Of a DNA stretch of 53,901 nt, positions 28,484 to 38,796 are shown piece by piece (position 1 is the first letter of the stretch; the number at the start of each line of letters is the position of its first letter). Source of the DNA: a virus (Duplodnaviria; Caudoviricetes). The notes beneath the pieces were generated by a model. The model did not search any database. It saw nothing but the letters and a program-made list of their open reading frames with translations, and was not told the origin of the DNA. The stretch is taken from positions 1-53,901 of IMG/VR virus record IMGVR_UViG_3300042261_000981; one strand, written 5' to 3'. A program made the translations under genes and the position numbers.

Positions 28484-29058
28484 TATATAGATTTGATGAA
28501 TATATTAAGGAGGAATTTGATTTCTTTGACGATGTTGTAATGTTTCCAATAAAATATAAGAAAAAAATCCAAAAGATAATAGATTGGCCTGTAGTAAAAT
28601 ACATAGAGAGAAAAACTAAAAATTTAACAGAAGAGGAAAAAATATTAAAAATAGCAAAAATTGCGAATACTTTAGACAAATGGTTTTCCCCTTTTAATAG
28701 TGTAGTTGGCGCTGCTGTTTTTTCTGGAATTTCTGCTGTAAATGCTATGATGCACATAAAAACACAACCGGTTGGTATGATTGAAATTTATGCTATGTTA
28801 ACAGCAATAGCGGCTTATGGTTCTCTTAATAAAGAATATAGATTATTAGCTAAGAAAAATTATCAAAAAATTAAAAAAGTTTTTATAGACAATGCTAATA
28901 AAATTGGAAACGATAATGATCCTTACGGTGAGGAACAATGGTTTGATGAAGATAACACTATAGCAAGAGCAGACGCAATAAGATACAATAAAAGATTTAA
29001 GCATTTAGAAGATATGCCTTGGTTTGGATTACATAGTAAAAAAGATGTAATGCCATAA
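28480..29058 (+). CDS. Membrane-type hypothetical protein with DPYGEEQW
   Basis: Two hydrophobic segments; MIYRFDEYIKE N-terminus. Confidence 0.75.
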   Translation: MIYRFDEYIKEEFDFFDDVVMFPIKYKKKIQKIIDWPVVKYIERKTKNLTEEEKILKIAKIANTLDKWFSPFNSVVGAAVFSGISAVNAMMHIKTQPVGMIEIYAMLTAIAAYGSLNKEYRLLAKKNYQKIKKVFIDNANKIGNDNDPYGEEQWFDEDNTIARADAIRYNKRFKHLEDMPWFGLHSKKDVMP

Positions 29059-29092
29059 AAAAAATTGAAAAATAAATTTAATATATAAGATT

Positions 29093-29593
29093 ATGATAAA
29101 AACTTGGAACAAATACTTTGAGAGTTTAATTATACCAGGACTTAAATTGGATGATTTTGTTAGTGGTATTGAACCATCTGGAAAAGCTCATAAAAATATA
29201 TTATCTATATTTTTTAACACTTATGAAAATTATGTAGATGATGATGATCCTCAGAAACATATTTATAAAGTAAATGACCTAACTGGTGATGTTTTAGCAA
29301 ATGGTAGAGTTCAATTTAGAGCATTGGTTTTTGGTAAACAAGAATTAGAATCTGTAATTAGAAATAATATAGTTAATCTTTGTATGAATGAATTTTATGA
29401 TAATTTTCCAAATAACTTAAATATTTTTGGAATAGATATTAAACCAATATCTTTCATACATAAAGAAGATCTTAAATTCACTTTTGAAAATCTACTAACA
29501 TTAGACGAACTAAAAAGAATAATAACATCAGTGTCAGGATTTAGTTTTAGTGGTGAAAGAGAAGGATATTTGATCTGGAGAAAAAATTTATAA
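29093..29593 (+). CDS. Hypothetical protein
   Basis: ORF, TAATATATA at 29079. Confidence 0.75.
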   Translation: MIKTWNKYFESLIIPGLKLDDFVSGIEPSGKAHKNILSIFFNTYENYVDDDDPQKHIYKVNDLTGDVLANGRVQFRALVFGKQELESVIRNNIVNLCMNEFYDNFPNNLNIFGIDIKPISFIHKEDLKFTFENLLTLDELKRIITSVSGFSFSGEREGYLIWRKNL

Positions 29594-29629
29594 AATATTG
29601 GATACACACTACCATATCCACAAGAAGGT

Positions 29630-29986
29630 ATGAAAAACGGAGATAGAGTGAAATATGAAAAACCAGGTTCCGAACATGACGGAATGACTGGAATATATCT
29701 CGGTATGAGAGAAGATGGAAAGTGTCACGTGAGATTTGATGATGGCACTAAATTCGCCGCTAATCCACAAAGATTACATCTGATAGATGGCGAAGAAGAA
29801 GAACAAAGCTATGATCCATACGGTGAAGAAAGTTGGTCAACGCAAAGAAAAGGTTCACATACAGCCAGTAGTGGCAGTAGGCAAACCTCTTCAAATCCAG
29901 ATTTAGATTATTTGGATCAATTACGCAGGATGGGGACAAAAGAAAATTATACCAAGAAATACAACGATTTCCTTAAATTAAGGTAA
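29630..29986 (+). CDS. KOW/SH3-like protein with DPYGEESW
   Basis: Domain clearly similar to the last module of 25180..27624 (DG.TG...DGK...FD...KFAANP). Confidence 0.75.
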   Translation: MKNGDRVKYEKPGSEHDGMTGIYLGMREDGKCHVRFDDGTKFAANPQRLHLIDGEEEEQSYDPYGEESWSTQRKGSHTASSGSRQTSSNPDLDYLDQLRRMGTKENYTKKYNDFLKLR

Positions 29987-30250
29987 ATATTTACTGTCCT
30001 TCACTTTTACTATGACTTCGGGAAATCCCTCGATCATAGCATGTTGGTGTAAAGCATCGTACGCATCATCCAGACTATGAAATTCAGCGTCTTTTTGTGC
30101 TAGTACATAATCCCCATAATGGGTGAGATCCCCAATGAATTCATTTTTAGCCATCACCTGCATGGCGTAAAAAGGATATAATAAAATAACTTTTCTTTTT
30201 ATTATATACTTTTTACTCTCTACTTTTAGTATTTGGAATGATGGTATCAT
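29978..30250 (-). CDS. Hypothetical protein
   Basis: ORF; start uncertain. Confidence 0.55.
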   Translation of the reverse strand: MIPSFQILKVESKKYIIKRKVILLYPFYAMQVMAKNEFIGDLTHYGDYVLAQKDAEFHSLDDAYDALHQHAMIEGFPEVIVKVKDSKYLP

Positions 30251-30433
30251 TTCTTTTACAGACTAAATTTCTTCTTTTTAATTTATTAATATTCCTTTAC
30301 ATCATCTCGTGTGAGAAAGATTATCCCACTATTGGTTTTCATATTGATTACTTTCCTATTAGGATTCATAGAAAACCAATTCTTTGCTTGTTTCTTGTAC
30401 TGTTTCTCGGTTTTACCAATACCGTCCAATGTT

Positions 30434-30820
30434 TTAATTCTTTTCATTTTTCTTTTTATTTTTTTGGTTATAATTTTTCAAAATTGTTTGTTCTTCTTCA
30501 CTTAATCCCTTAAATCCAAATTTTTTCATTTTATCTAAAACCATTTCAATTTTTGAAGTTTTTCCTCTAACAACATAGATTAAGGCTTCATCTGATGTAT
30601 CAAATAATTTTCTATCCCCTTTATCATCTAAAATAGTTCCTTTTTCGTCGTCTCTGATCCAATATTGTTCTACTTCAAATAAGACTTCTTCATTCTCTAC
30701 AATTTGTACTAAGACTTTATGAATAATTCCACTTTTCTCAACTCCTCCTGTTTTTAGATTAGATGTAACCCAAACTACATTATAATCAACTACTTCTAAC
30801 TCTCTATATTCTGCTGCCAT
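30434..30820 (-). CDS. Hypothetical protein
   Basis: ORF in a minus-strand run. Confidence 0.65.
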   Translation of the reverse strand: MAAEYRELEVVDYNVVWVTSNLKTGGVEKSGIIHKVLVQIVENEEVLFEVEQYWIRDDEKGTILDDKGDRKLFDTSDEALIYVVRGKTSKIEMVLDKMKKFGFKGLSEEEQTILKNYNQKNKKKNEKN

Positions 30821-31053
30821 ACTACATCATATCCATTAAATATTTCAACTTCTTTATCCCATTCATCTTTTATCCATATTGGGTATTCCAACATTATTGC
30901 GTCATATGCCTCCCAAAATATTTTTGTTTCGAAAGGTTCAATGTAAGGTGAATACTTTTCTTGTATTTTATAACAAGATACTGCTCTTATTATAATATCT
31001 ACATATTTTAATGGTATTGATAATACAACTTTTGGCATATTAAGTACAATCAA
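30796..31053 (-). CDS. Hypothetical protein (ends in TAG)
   Basis: ORF in a minus-strand run. Confidence 0.55.
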   Translation of the reverse strand: MIVLNMPKVVLSIPLKYVDIIIRAVSCYKIQEKYSPYIEPFETKIFWEAYDAIMLEYPIWIKDEWDKEVEIFNGYDVVWQQNIES

Positions 31054-31534
31054 AAATTACTCTATTTCCGTTTTCGTGTCTTATAAATATTAATGGAGAT
31101 ATTTCTTTCTTGATTTTTTCTACGTTCTCATCATCAAAAGTATAATATCCAATTCCATTATGCCAATTTACAAGAGATTTTCTTTTTAATCTTTTAAGGT
31201 CATCTCTATCTATATAGAATATTTCACCACTGGGTATTCCAACTATATAGATTTCAAATTTAAGTTTTATTATTTTTTCTTTATAGTTTGGGTATGCAAA
31301 TTGAAACCATCCCATCTTACTATATCTATAAATATTAACTACCAAGTCCCATATATTTATACCAATGGACATCATAGTTAAAACAAAGACAAATCCTGCT
31401 ATGACAAGCATTATCATCTTCGCTACAGTCATATCCGAAAAAAAGAAATCAGTAAAACTGAAATCTTTTAAGTCCCATCCACCATAGGGATCGTAGTTGT
31501 TATTATAATAATCGTTATATGTCATATCGACCAA
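31040..31534 (-). CDS. Membrane hypothetical protein (variant motif DPYGGW)
   Basis: One long hydrophobic segment. Confidence 0.65.
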   Translation of the reverse strand: MVDMTYNDYYNNNYDPYGGWDLKDFSFTDFFFSDMTVAKMIMLVIAGFVFVLTMMSIGINIWDLVVNIYRYSKMGWFQFAYPNYKEKIIKLKFEIYIVGIPSGEIFYIDRDDLKRLKRKSLVNWHNGIGYYTFDDENVEKIKKEISPLIFIRHENGNRVIFDCT

Positions 31535-31915
31535 TTTTCTTCACCAAATGGGTCTAATTCACAAAATATTTGTTCACTTGGTTTTATATTATGTTTTTTG
31601 TATAGTCTTTAAAATAAATAAAAATTTCAAACGGAACAGCAAATATAAGTAAAAATATTATCAATAACAAAATAAAAGTAATAATTGTTGTTTCAAATAA
31701 CGCATTGACAATAATGGTGATATTTTTTGACCCTTAATTTTATTAAGACTTTCTTTTTGTTTCACTATATTTCTTCTATGCTGTTCCAATAATTCCCGCA
31801 AACGTCTATCATCTTCTCTCATTTCTCTTTTGAATTTTCTTTCCTTAAAAAAGAAAATCAAATAAGACATAGAGAATATTGGTAAAAGTACAAATAATAA
31901 TAATAACGATGTCAT
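31522..31915 (-). pseudogene. Damaged pair of small membrane-protein genes; remnant ends ELDPFGEENWSI
   Basis: ORF 31661..31915 breaks after KISPL; a hydrophobic frame and a DPFGEENW frame follow out of frame. Confidence 0.5.
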
Positions 31916-31917
31916 AA

Positions 31918-32244
31918 TTAATTATTCCAATCTTCTTCACCGTAAGGATCTAAAGGAGATACAACTCTTTTAGAAGGATTCTTCTTAATTGGTGCATTTA
32001 CATAATTCTGTAAATTTATCCTACGTCTTCTTTCTCTTTCTAATCTTTCTCTTGCCCTTTCTCTTTCTCTAATTCTTTTTCTTTTCAACGCGCTTGATAT
32101 TCCACTAATAATGAAATATAAACTAATAGTCCCCGAGATCAAGGCTCCAGCTAGTAAAGCATTATAAATGTTTTTAGTTATAAAATAAGTTAGAGCCAAG
32201 GAACTGGCAATAATAAATATAGAAAAGAATAATCTCTTGAACAT
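31918..32244 (-). CDS. Small two-TM membrane protein, C-terminal DPYGEEDW
   Basis: Hydrophobic N-half, Arg/Glu-rich tail; TAATTTTG box upstream. Confidence 0.8.
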   Translation of the reverse strand: MFKRLFFSIFIIASSLALTYFITKNIYNALLAGALISGTISLYFIISGISSALKRKRIRERERARERLERERRRRINLQNYVNAPIKKNPSKRVVSPLDPYGEEDWNN

Positions 32245-32302
32245 TATTAAGCGGATTTTACATCACAAAATTAATAAAAGTTATTGATTAAAAAAAAATT
32301 AT

Positions 32303-32675
32303 TTACGAAATATCGTCCTTTTTCAACATACTGATTTTGACACCTGATGATATACATCCACCCCTTGTGTCTTTGTCAATCTTCTCCAACGACAACATGT
32401 CTTCCACCTATGGTCTCTAACTCTACTCCATCTTTTAATTTATAAAAATATTTAAGTGGAACTAATAATATTGGTTCACTAATTTTCGGAAAATGTTCTG
32501 GATGACAAATAGCAAATCCCAATTCTTTGAGATCTTCTTCGGTATAATCGTAAATATCAACCTTTTTTGATTTTTCAAATTCATCAAGCCATTCAGGATC
32601 CCAAAATTCTTCACCATATGGGTCTTCTGGAGTAACTATCCTTCTTTCTAGAAATTTATTATATTTATGTATCAT
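32303..32675 (-). pseudogene. Hypothetical DPYGEEFW protein with probable C-terminal frameshift
   Basis: ORF stops at VVGED; another frame continues IDKDTRGGCISSGVKIS to 32303. Confidence 0.55.
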
Positions 32676-33193
32676 TTTAGTTTTAATACCAAAAGAGCCA
32701 TTAATGTCTTGCCATCGACAAATTCTGATCTTTTTACTTCTTCTTTTGTCATCTCTATTATTTCTATTTCTTCATTCTCGCTCTCTAATCCTCCACCTTG
32801 AGCAATCTTTTGAGAAACAGTGGCAAAATAGATTGATATTCTTTCATTTGTTTTTCCAGGAGTTGGAAAATATGGTTTTACTATTTGATTTATAGTGTCT
32901 GTTTGATAACCCAATTCTTCTAAAATCTCTCTTTTCATTGTTTCCATTTCATTCTCACCAACATGATCTATCATACCTGCACAAAGCTCTAATATAACCA
33001 TTTTTGGACCTGGACGAAATTGTTTTGTGAAAATGTATTTATTCTTAACTGTGTCATATACCACGGCACATACAGCATCTTTTGAATTGACGTATTCTCT
33101 TACTACGGGTCCTCTTTTCCCTTGTAGATTTAGTTTATGGACTTTAAAAAATCCGCCTTGTTGTTCTGGAGGGTTATCTGATATAATTTTCAT
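32672..33193 (-). CDS. NUDIX hydrolase (ADP-ribose/NDP-sugar pyrophosphatase type)
   Basis: QFRP, ELCAGMID...KREILEELGY Nudix box, GGGL..ENEEI. Confidence 0.92.
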   Translation of the reverse strand: MKIISDNPPEQQGGFFKVHKLNLQGKRGPVVREYVNSKDAVCAVVYDTVKNKYIFTKQFRPGPKMVILELCAGMIDHVGENEMETMKREILEELGYQTDTINQIVKPYFPTPGKTNERISIYFATVSQKIAQGGGLESENEEIEIIEMTKEEVKRSEFVDGKTLMALLVLKLK

Positions 33194-33243
33194 AATGATA
33201 TATATTAAAAGATATAATTGAAAAAATTATATATACTCAAAAT

Positions 33244-33482
33244 ATGGAAATGTTAATAAAAAATATAGATCTTTTTAAACATAGAAACGATCTTGCCAAA
33301 CCACAAAAAACTAAAATAAAATCATTCAAAGAAATTTATAAGACTTATAAAAAACTTAACTGGGATGAATATAAAGATGGTTTTAATAGTTTTTAATAGA
33401 TGATACTCCTGAAGTGAGGAAAGGACTATCTAAATGGGTAAAATCACATAAGAAAGAGTTGGGATATAAAAAATGGAAGTAA
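33244..33482 (+). pseudogene. Small gene broken by two frameshifts
   Basis: MEMLIKNIDL...; ttttaatag duplication near 33380-33399; tail GLSKWVKSHKKELGY in another frame. Confidence 0.45.
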
Positions 33483-33501
33483 AAATTAAATATATAGTAA
33501 T

Positions 33502-34503
33502 GTGATTAGATATATCAAAACATACGAACAATATTTTGGTAGTAAACCTAAAACAGGTCAAATAATTTATATGACTGACGATTTAGTTAATAATATGGCT
33601 AGAGCTCACGGTAATAAATATGCCGCTGCTGTGCTCAATTTACTAAAAGCAGACAGAGATAAATTAATAGACAATCATGCTAATTATTTAAGCGTAGAAA
33701 CAGACGGAACAATTTCTTACTTGGATGGAAGATATTTAAAAGAAGAAACTGAATATAATCCAGCAAATTATGACGATGCAAGAAGAAGACAAAAAGTTAA
33801 AGCTACAAAGATATTACAAAAGATATTAAAACCAGAATATATTCCACAGGAACAAACAGTAATAGAACAATTTTCAACCTATTGGAAAACTTTATATGAT
33901 GAATCTACAAGAGTAGAGGAACTCGTAGGTGAAGATATATTAAGAGCTTATAATTATAATAATGAAGTAAATGGATCTTTGGGATCATGTGCTGGATTTA
34001 GTGAATATACAGTTAAAGAAACTCATAAAAAGAGATTTGAAGTTCTAATAAAAAATCCTGAAAATTTTACAGCTTTTGTAGTATGGAAAGATGGTAAAAT
34101 AGTAGGTAGAAGAATTGGTGTTAAAGGTATTCAAACTAAAACACACGGGTTCTTCCAAGAAGGCGAACTTTATAAATACTTAAATAATTTCTATGGTCCT
34201 GGATATGGTTCGCAGGCTAATAAAATGATTGAGGCTTTAGCTTTAAAACAAGGTTATGTCGCCGAATATGGTTCATACTGTAAATGTTTTTTGAAAGATA
34301 AAAAGAAATTAAGAGAAGAAGATGTATTTAGAATAAAAGTTCAAAATGGTCTTGATCAAAAAGCAATGTTTCCTGCTTTTGATTCAATGGTCGTTAACTT
34401 TCAAACGAATGAAGTAGCTTCAAGAGTTCCTGGGCCAAGTAAAAATCCTGAACCAGGATGGACTAAATTCTATGGAGCTGTCCCACCTTCATATGGGCGT
34501 TAA
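33502..34503 (+). CDS. Hypothetical protein, related to the C-terminal domain of 25180..27624
   Basis: Shared D..ISYL, RQ..K..K, V.GED...Y, L.SC motifs. Confidence 0.8.
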   Translation: MIRYIKTYEQYFGSKPKTGQIIYMTDDLVNNMARAHGNKYAAAVLNLLKADRDKLIDNHANYLSVETDGTISYLDGRYLKEETEYNPANYDDARRRQKVKATKILQKILKPEYIPQEQTVIEQFSTYWKTLYDESTRVEELVGEDILRAYNYNNEVNGSLGSCAGFSEYTVKETHKKRFEVLIKNPENFTAFVVWKDGKIVGRRIGVKGIQTKTHGFFQEGELYKYLNNFYGPGYGSQANKMIEALALKQGYVAEYGSYCKCFLKDKKKLREEDVFRIKVQNGLDQKAMFPAFDSMVVNFQTNEVASRVPGPSKNPEPGWTKFYGAVPPSYGR

Positions 34504-35705
34504 ACACCATTTAATTTATCTCTTATTTTTTTCTTAAGTTGAGACATATTATGAATTCTATTATTATATGAATTTTTTTCGTATTGTATGAATTGTAAAT
34601 CGAATTCCTGTCTGAAGGTTGCTTCACCTCCAATTAAACAAATTTGTTCTTCTCTCCAACTCTCAATTCTAGAAATTTCTTTCAATGGAGTATATTCTAT
34701 AATCATTTCTCTTATATTTCCAATATATGTTTTATCATTATCAACATCATATTTTATAAAATAAGTTATTTTATTGTCTATTTTTTTCTCATAAATATCC
34801 AATCCTAAATTTCTTAAATAACTTAATACTCCGGAAATTGAACAATTATGATATTTTAATTTATCTTCATTGAATATTATTTTAGTATCCATTCTACCAG
34901 GAACTTGCCACCAGTAAACTCTTTTGGAAGCAAAAGCATTTTTATCTGGGTGATCATATGGCAATTCAGAATTACTTAATAATTCGTAAAATAAATTATA
35001 ACCATTTGGAGTGGATGTAAGAATGATTTTAGAATTTTCAATAGATGATATTGTTGGTATTATAGAATAATAAAAAGGACGAATTATACTATCTGGGATT
35101 TTAGCAAATTCATCAATATATAATAAATCTATAGTATTACTAACGGCAGGTTCTTTTGTTCTGGATTGACTCTGCACTCTGCATCCATTTTCGAATTGTA
35201 AATATCTTTCATTCCAATTAATAACTCCAACTTTCAAAAAGAAAGGCAATAATTTATAAATATCTTTTATTTTTCTAATAATTTCTTTGGTTGTTTCTGA
35301 TTTGTTAGCAACGATCATAACACCTTTATCTTTATTAAATAATATCATGTGTAAAATTGTTATAACAGCTAAAACTGTTTTCCCAATTTGTCTGGAAGCC
35401 ATTAAAATAGAATATCTATTCTCTGTATATAATTTTAATATATCTTTTTGGTAATCTCTCAACTCTATTTTTCCAATACTACCATCCTCTAATTTAATTT
35501 TACAATAATGTTCAGCAAAATAATATATCGAGAGTTTACATTTTATATACTCATCTATTTCATTTTGACTCATTGCAAATTTAATGCCAGCCTTTCTAAC
35601 TCCATTTATATTTTGAAAATAAATCTTATTATATCTGGATACTTGCTCAGCTAAATTATATTTATCTATTAATTCATTAATAGATTCCGTTGTATATATT
35701 TTCAT
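34500..35705 (-). CDS. T4 gp17-like terminase large subunit ATPase domain without nuclease domain
   Basis: LRDYQ, SRQIGKT, ANK, LYIDEFA, TSTPNG, FRQEF then ends; start set at ATG 35705. Confidence 0.85.
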   Translation of the reverse strand: MKIYTTESINELIDKYNLAEQVSRYNKIYFQNINGVRKAGIKFAMSQNEIDEYIKCKLSIYYFAEHYCKIKLEDGSIGKIELRDYQKDILKLYTENRYSILMASRQIGKTVLAVITILHMILFNKDKGVMIVANKSETTKEIIRKIKDIYKLLPFFLKVGVINWNERYLQFENGCRVQSQSRTKEPAVSNTIDLLYIDEFAKIPDSIIRPFYYSIIPTISSIENSKIILTSTPNGYNLFYELLSNSELPYDHPDKNAFASKRVYWWQVPGRMDTKIIFNEDKLKYHNCSISGVLSYLRNLGLDIYEKKIDNKITYFIKYDVDNDKTYIGNIREMIIEYTPLKEISRIESWREEQICLIGGEATFRQEFDLQFIQYEKNSYNNRIHNMSQLKKKIRDKLNGV

Positions 35706-35752
35706 AAATCTCTTTTTATCGTATATATTATACAAACTCGGTCAAAAAACAT

Positions 35753-35793
35753 AAAAAAACAGCATATATTTTGTTCATACATGCTGTTTTTTT
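35753..35793. terminator. Terminator-like hairpin
   Basis: aaaaaaacagcat...atgctgttttttt. Confidence 0.6.
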
Positions 35794-35811
35794 ATACAAA
35801 TGTAAAAATGA

Positions 35812-36396
35812 CTACTTAAATGAATGTTTTTTAATAAGAGAATTTAATCTCTTTGATATTTCTTCTAGTTTTTGAACATCTATAAGTTCTTCGATCCAAT
35901 TTTCTTCACCGTAAGGATCTACCTCTCTATTTTCTTTAATATTTTTAGTCCATTGTGAATTTTTCCAACACTCTTCAAGTTCATTTAATATTTTTTCTAC
36001 GTCTGGTTTTATTTCAACGAGGTCTTCGTCTCTTATTACATCATTAGTTTGATCTAATAGATATAGAAGATATTTTTCGGATTGACTCATATTATCATAA
36101 TAATCATCGGCTATTCTTAAAACATAATCTAGATTCATAGCTAGATTTTCTATCCTTTTAGTTTTAGATTCTGTTTCCTTTATTAAATTGTTATATTCTT
36201 TTATGTATTCAGATCTACCAAAAAAAGATTTAACGGGTTGATAGAAATCTTTTTCTAGCAAACTTAATTCATCTAAAATATCTTTTATTTCTTTTTCGGC
36301 GATATTTTTATATTTCTTTTGCTGTATAAACCCTTGTGTTTTATCTTTTATATATTTGAAATAATTGTAGCTAAGTGAAAAATCGTCTTCTTTCAT
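35812..36396 (-). CDS. Helical hypothetical protein with DPYGEENW (ends in TAG)
   Basis: ORF translation. Confidence 0.75.
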   Translation of the reverse strand: MKEDDFSLSYNYFKYIKDKTQGFIQQKKYKNIAEKEIKDILDELSLLEKDFYQPVKSFFGRSEYIKEYNNLIKETESKTKRIENLAMNLDYVLRIADDYYDNMSQSEKYLLYLLDQTNDVIRDEDLVEIKPDVEKILNELEECWKNSQWTKNIKENREVDPYGEENWIEELIDVQKLEEISKRLNSLIKKHSFK

Positions 36397-37335
36397 TTAA
36401 TCAAATTTTTTTTTTAATAAAATCTCATCATAAGTGGATCTTATTCCTTCTTCTAAACTTATTTTTGGCTCCCATCCAAGATTTCTTAATTTAGTTGTAT
36501 CAAGAAATTTTCTTGGAGTTCCGTCTGGATAACTATCATTAAAATATACTTTTCCTTCATATCCAACTATATCTTGTATAGTCCATGCTAGTCTTCTAAT
36601 ACTAATTTCTTCACCACTACCAACATTTATTATGTCACTACTATCATAATTATTCATTAAAAAGATAGAAGCGTCTGCTAAATCTGATACGTGTAAAAAC
36701 TCCCTTAACGGTTTCCCTGTTCCCCATAATTCCATTATCGGTAGATTATTCTTTTTAGCGTAGTGGAACTTACGTATCATCCCAGGTAAAACATGTGACG
36801 TTTTAGGATCGTAATTATCATTGATACTACCATAGAGATTTGTGGGCATTATAGAAATAAAATTAGTTCCATATTGCTTATTATATTTTTGACACATGAT
36901 TATACCTGCTATTTTAGCTATAGCATAACCATCATTAGTCTTCTCCAAAGGTCCAGATAACAAATATTCTTCTTTTATAGGTTGTTCACAATCTCTCGGA
37001 TAAATACAACTAGAACCTAAAAATAATAATTTTTTAACTTCGTATTTGTGACAAGACTTTATAATATTACATTCTACCATTAAATTTTCATAAGTGAAAT
37101 CAGCGGGATATGTTGAATTGGCATATATCCCCCCAACTCTTGCTGCTGCTAAAAAAACATAATCTGGTCTCATTAAATCAAAAAAATGATCTGTTGCATT
37201 TTGATCAATAAGATTCAATTCATTTTTATTCATTGTAAGAATATTATTATAACTAAGTTCTTTTAATTTCTTAACTATAGAAGAGCCAACTAGTCCCTTG
37301 TGCCCAGCTACAAAGATTTTATCGTTGTTATTCAT
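36397..37335 (-). CDS. fcl: GDP-L-fucose synthase
   Basis: AGHKGLVGS, AAARVGGI, LGSSCIYP, YAIAKIAG, MPTNLYG, SHVLP, WGTGKPLREFLHV, PDGTPRK. Confidence 0.95.
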   Translation of the reverse strand: MNNNDKIFVAGHKGLVGSSIVKKLKELSYNNILTMNKNELNLIDQNATDHFFDLMRPDYVFLAAARVGGIYANSTYPADFTYENLMVECNIIKSCHKYEVKKLLFLGSSCIYPRDCEQPIKEEYLLSGPLEKTNDGYAIAKIAGIIMCQKYNKQYGTNFISIMPTNLYGSINDNYDPKTSHVLPGMIRKFHYAKKNNLPIMELWGTGKPLREFLHVSDLADASIFLMNNYDSSDIINVGSGEEISIRRLAWTIQDIVGYEGKVYFNDSYPDGTPRKFLDTTKLRNLGWEPKISLEEGIRSTYDEILLKKKFD

Positions 37336-37516
37336 TTTTTATTATTTCATTTTCATTAAAAAATTGCATCCAATCTTTACCAAACTCTTCGGCATTTAAG
37401 ACATATGGATAATCGGCGTTTTCTAATATTCTAATAATAGTAAATTCAGTATCTACATCATAAGGCAGAAGATCCTTAGCGTCTTCTGTTATCTTTACTC
37501 TATCGCCTATTTTCAT
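37328..37516 (-). CDS. Small SH3/KOW-like protein
   Basis: MKIGDRVKI...; coupled to neighbours. Confidence 0.7.
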   Translation of the reverse strand: MKIGDRVKITEDAKDLLPYDVDTEFTIIRILENADYPYVLNAEEFGKDWMQFFNENEIIKNE

Positions 37517-37908
37517 TCGAATTTATTTATTTTTTTCATTTCTTGTTTCAAATCTTCTTCATAATATTTTTCCAAATATTGAATTTCAAAATCTTCTAAT
37601 TCTTCTCTTTGTTTAATGATATCGTAATTACTTTTTTTAGTTGATCTTGTTGTTTTTACTTTATCTTTATCTTTTGGATCCCAATACCATTTTGGTATTC
37701 CGTAAGTATTTTTGAAAAACTCAAACCACATATCTATAGCAGAAGCTTTGTCAATGCTTTTATGATTGAAACTATTAGCCATTTCTGGGAATTCTTTACC
37801 GAATTTTCTGTTTATTTTGAAGAAAGCATTTACTTTATCCTCATCAGTTACTTCATCATAAGAATTCTTATTCTTAAATATTCTATCTACTATTTGTATG
37901 AAATCCAT
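37513..37908 (-). CDS. Hypothetical protein, possibly T4 gp62-like clamp-loader small subunit
   Basis: FKINRKF...MANSFN...KW pattern and size. Confidence 0.4.
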   Translation of the reverse strand: MDFIQIVDRIFKNKNSYDEVTDEDKVNAFFKINRKFGKEFPEMANSFNHKSIDKASAIDMWFEFFKNTYGIPKWYWDPKDKDKVKTTRSTKKSNYDIIKQREELEDFEIQYLEKYYEEDLKQEMKKINKFE

Positions 37909-37959
37909 TTAATAAAATCTTTTCAATTATATGAAAAGATAAAAGAAAAGTTTAAAAAT

Positions 37960-38796
37960 TTAATCACACACAGTGATCTCATCTGTCATAGAAGGGATGT
38001 ATTCTTTACCTTTATCATCTATAAAAACTAAATTCGGGAAATCATACATTCCAGCTTTATTTACTATTTTTGCTATTTTTGCTTTTACTGGAACTTTTTT
38101 CCAACCGAGTTCCCCACCCATCCATTTTCGGGTTTCTTTCATCTCTATAAAATAAACATTTTTACCGATTAACATCTTCTTAATATCATCATTAAAATTC
38201 ACGTTTCGTTCAGGATATACATGCATTCTGTAATATGGATTGCCCATAAACATAGTGTATATGTTAAAAGATGCAGTATCTCCCCATGTTTCTTCACCGT
38301 ATGGGTCTGCTGGATTATCGCTTAGTACTAGCTTAGCTTTTTTTTTAAAATTGAAAAATTCGTTTATATAACCTCTTCCAGTAAAAGCTTTACCACTAAA
38401 GATTTCTTTAGGTTTTTTTCTATCCTCTTCCCAAGCTTTTTCTCTAGCTTTATCTTCTCTGATTCTATTCCATAAAAATTCATCTATATTATATAAACAG
38501 TCCCTTAGGGTATTTGAAGTATCATTGTATATTATGGTATATCCCAGATCTTTCATGTCTCTTACTCTATAAGTAAAGACGTCCTTTCCTATTTTATAGA
38601 CAGATATTCTATATCTTCCTGTTATAGATAATGCTTTCTGTTTTCCTTCCATTCTAAATGGATACCCCTCATTATTCATTAGAGAATCAATTTCATGTTT
38701 TGTGAAATATTGTTCTGGTGGTTTTTTATCTTCCACTGGTGGCTTGTTTATGATTACAGCCTCAAAATTTTTATATGTAGTTATTATATCTTTCAT
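37960..38796 (-). CDS. Two-module hypothetical protein with DPYGEETW
   Basis: ORF translation. Confidence 0.75.
   Translation of the reverse strand: MKDIITTYKNFEAVIINKPPVEDKKPPEQYFTKHEIDSLMNNEGYPFRMEGKQKALSITGRYRISVYKIGKDVFTYRVRDMKDLGYTIIYNDTSNTLRDCLYNIDEFLWNRIREDKAREKAWEEDRKKPKEIFSGKAFTGRGYINEFFNFKKKAKLVLSDNPADPYGEETWGDTASFNIYTMFMGNPYYRMHVYPERNVNFNDDIKKMLIGKNVYFIEMKETRKWMGGELGWKKVPVKAKIAKIVNKAGMYDFPNLVFIDDKGKEYIPSMTDEITVCD

Noticed and set aside
30251-30433. Possible small minus-strand gene after 30434
   Set aside because: The frame starting MKRIKTLD is short and I could not establish a consistent product.
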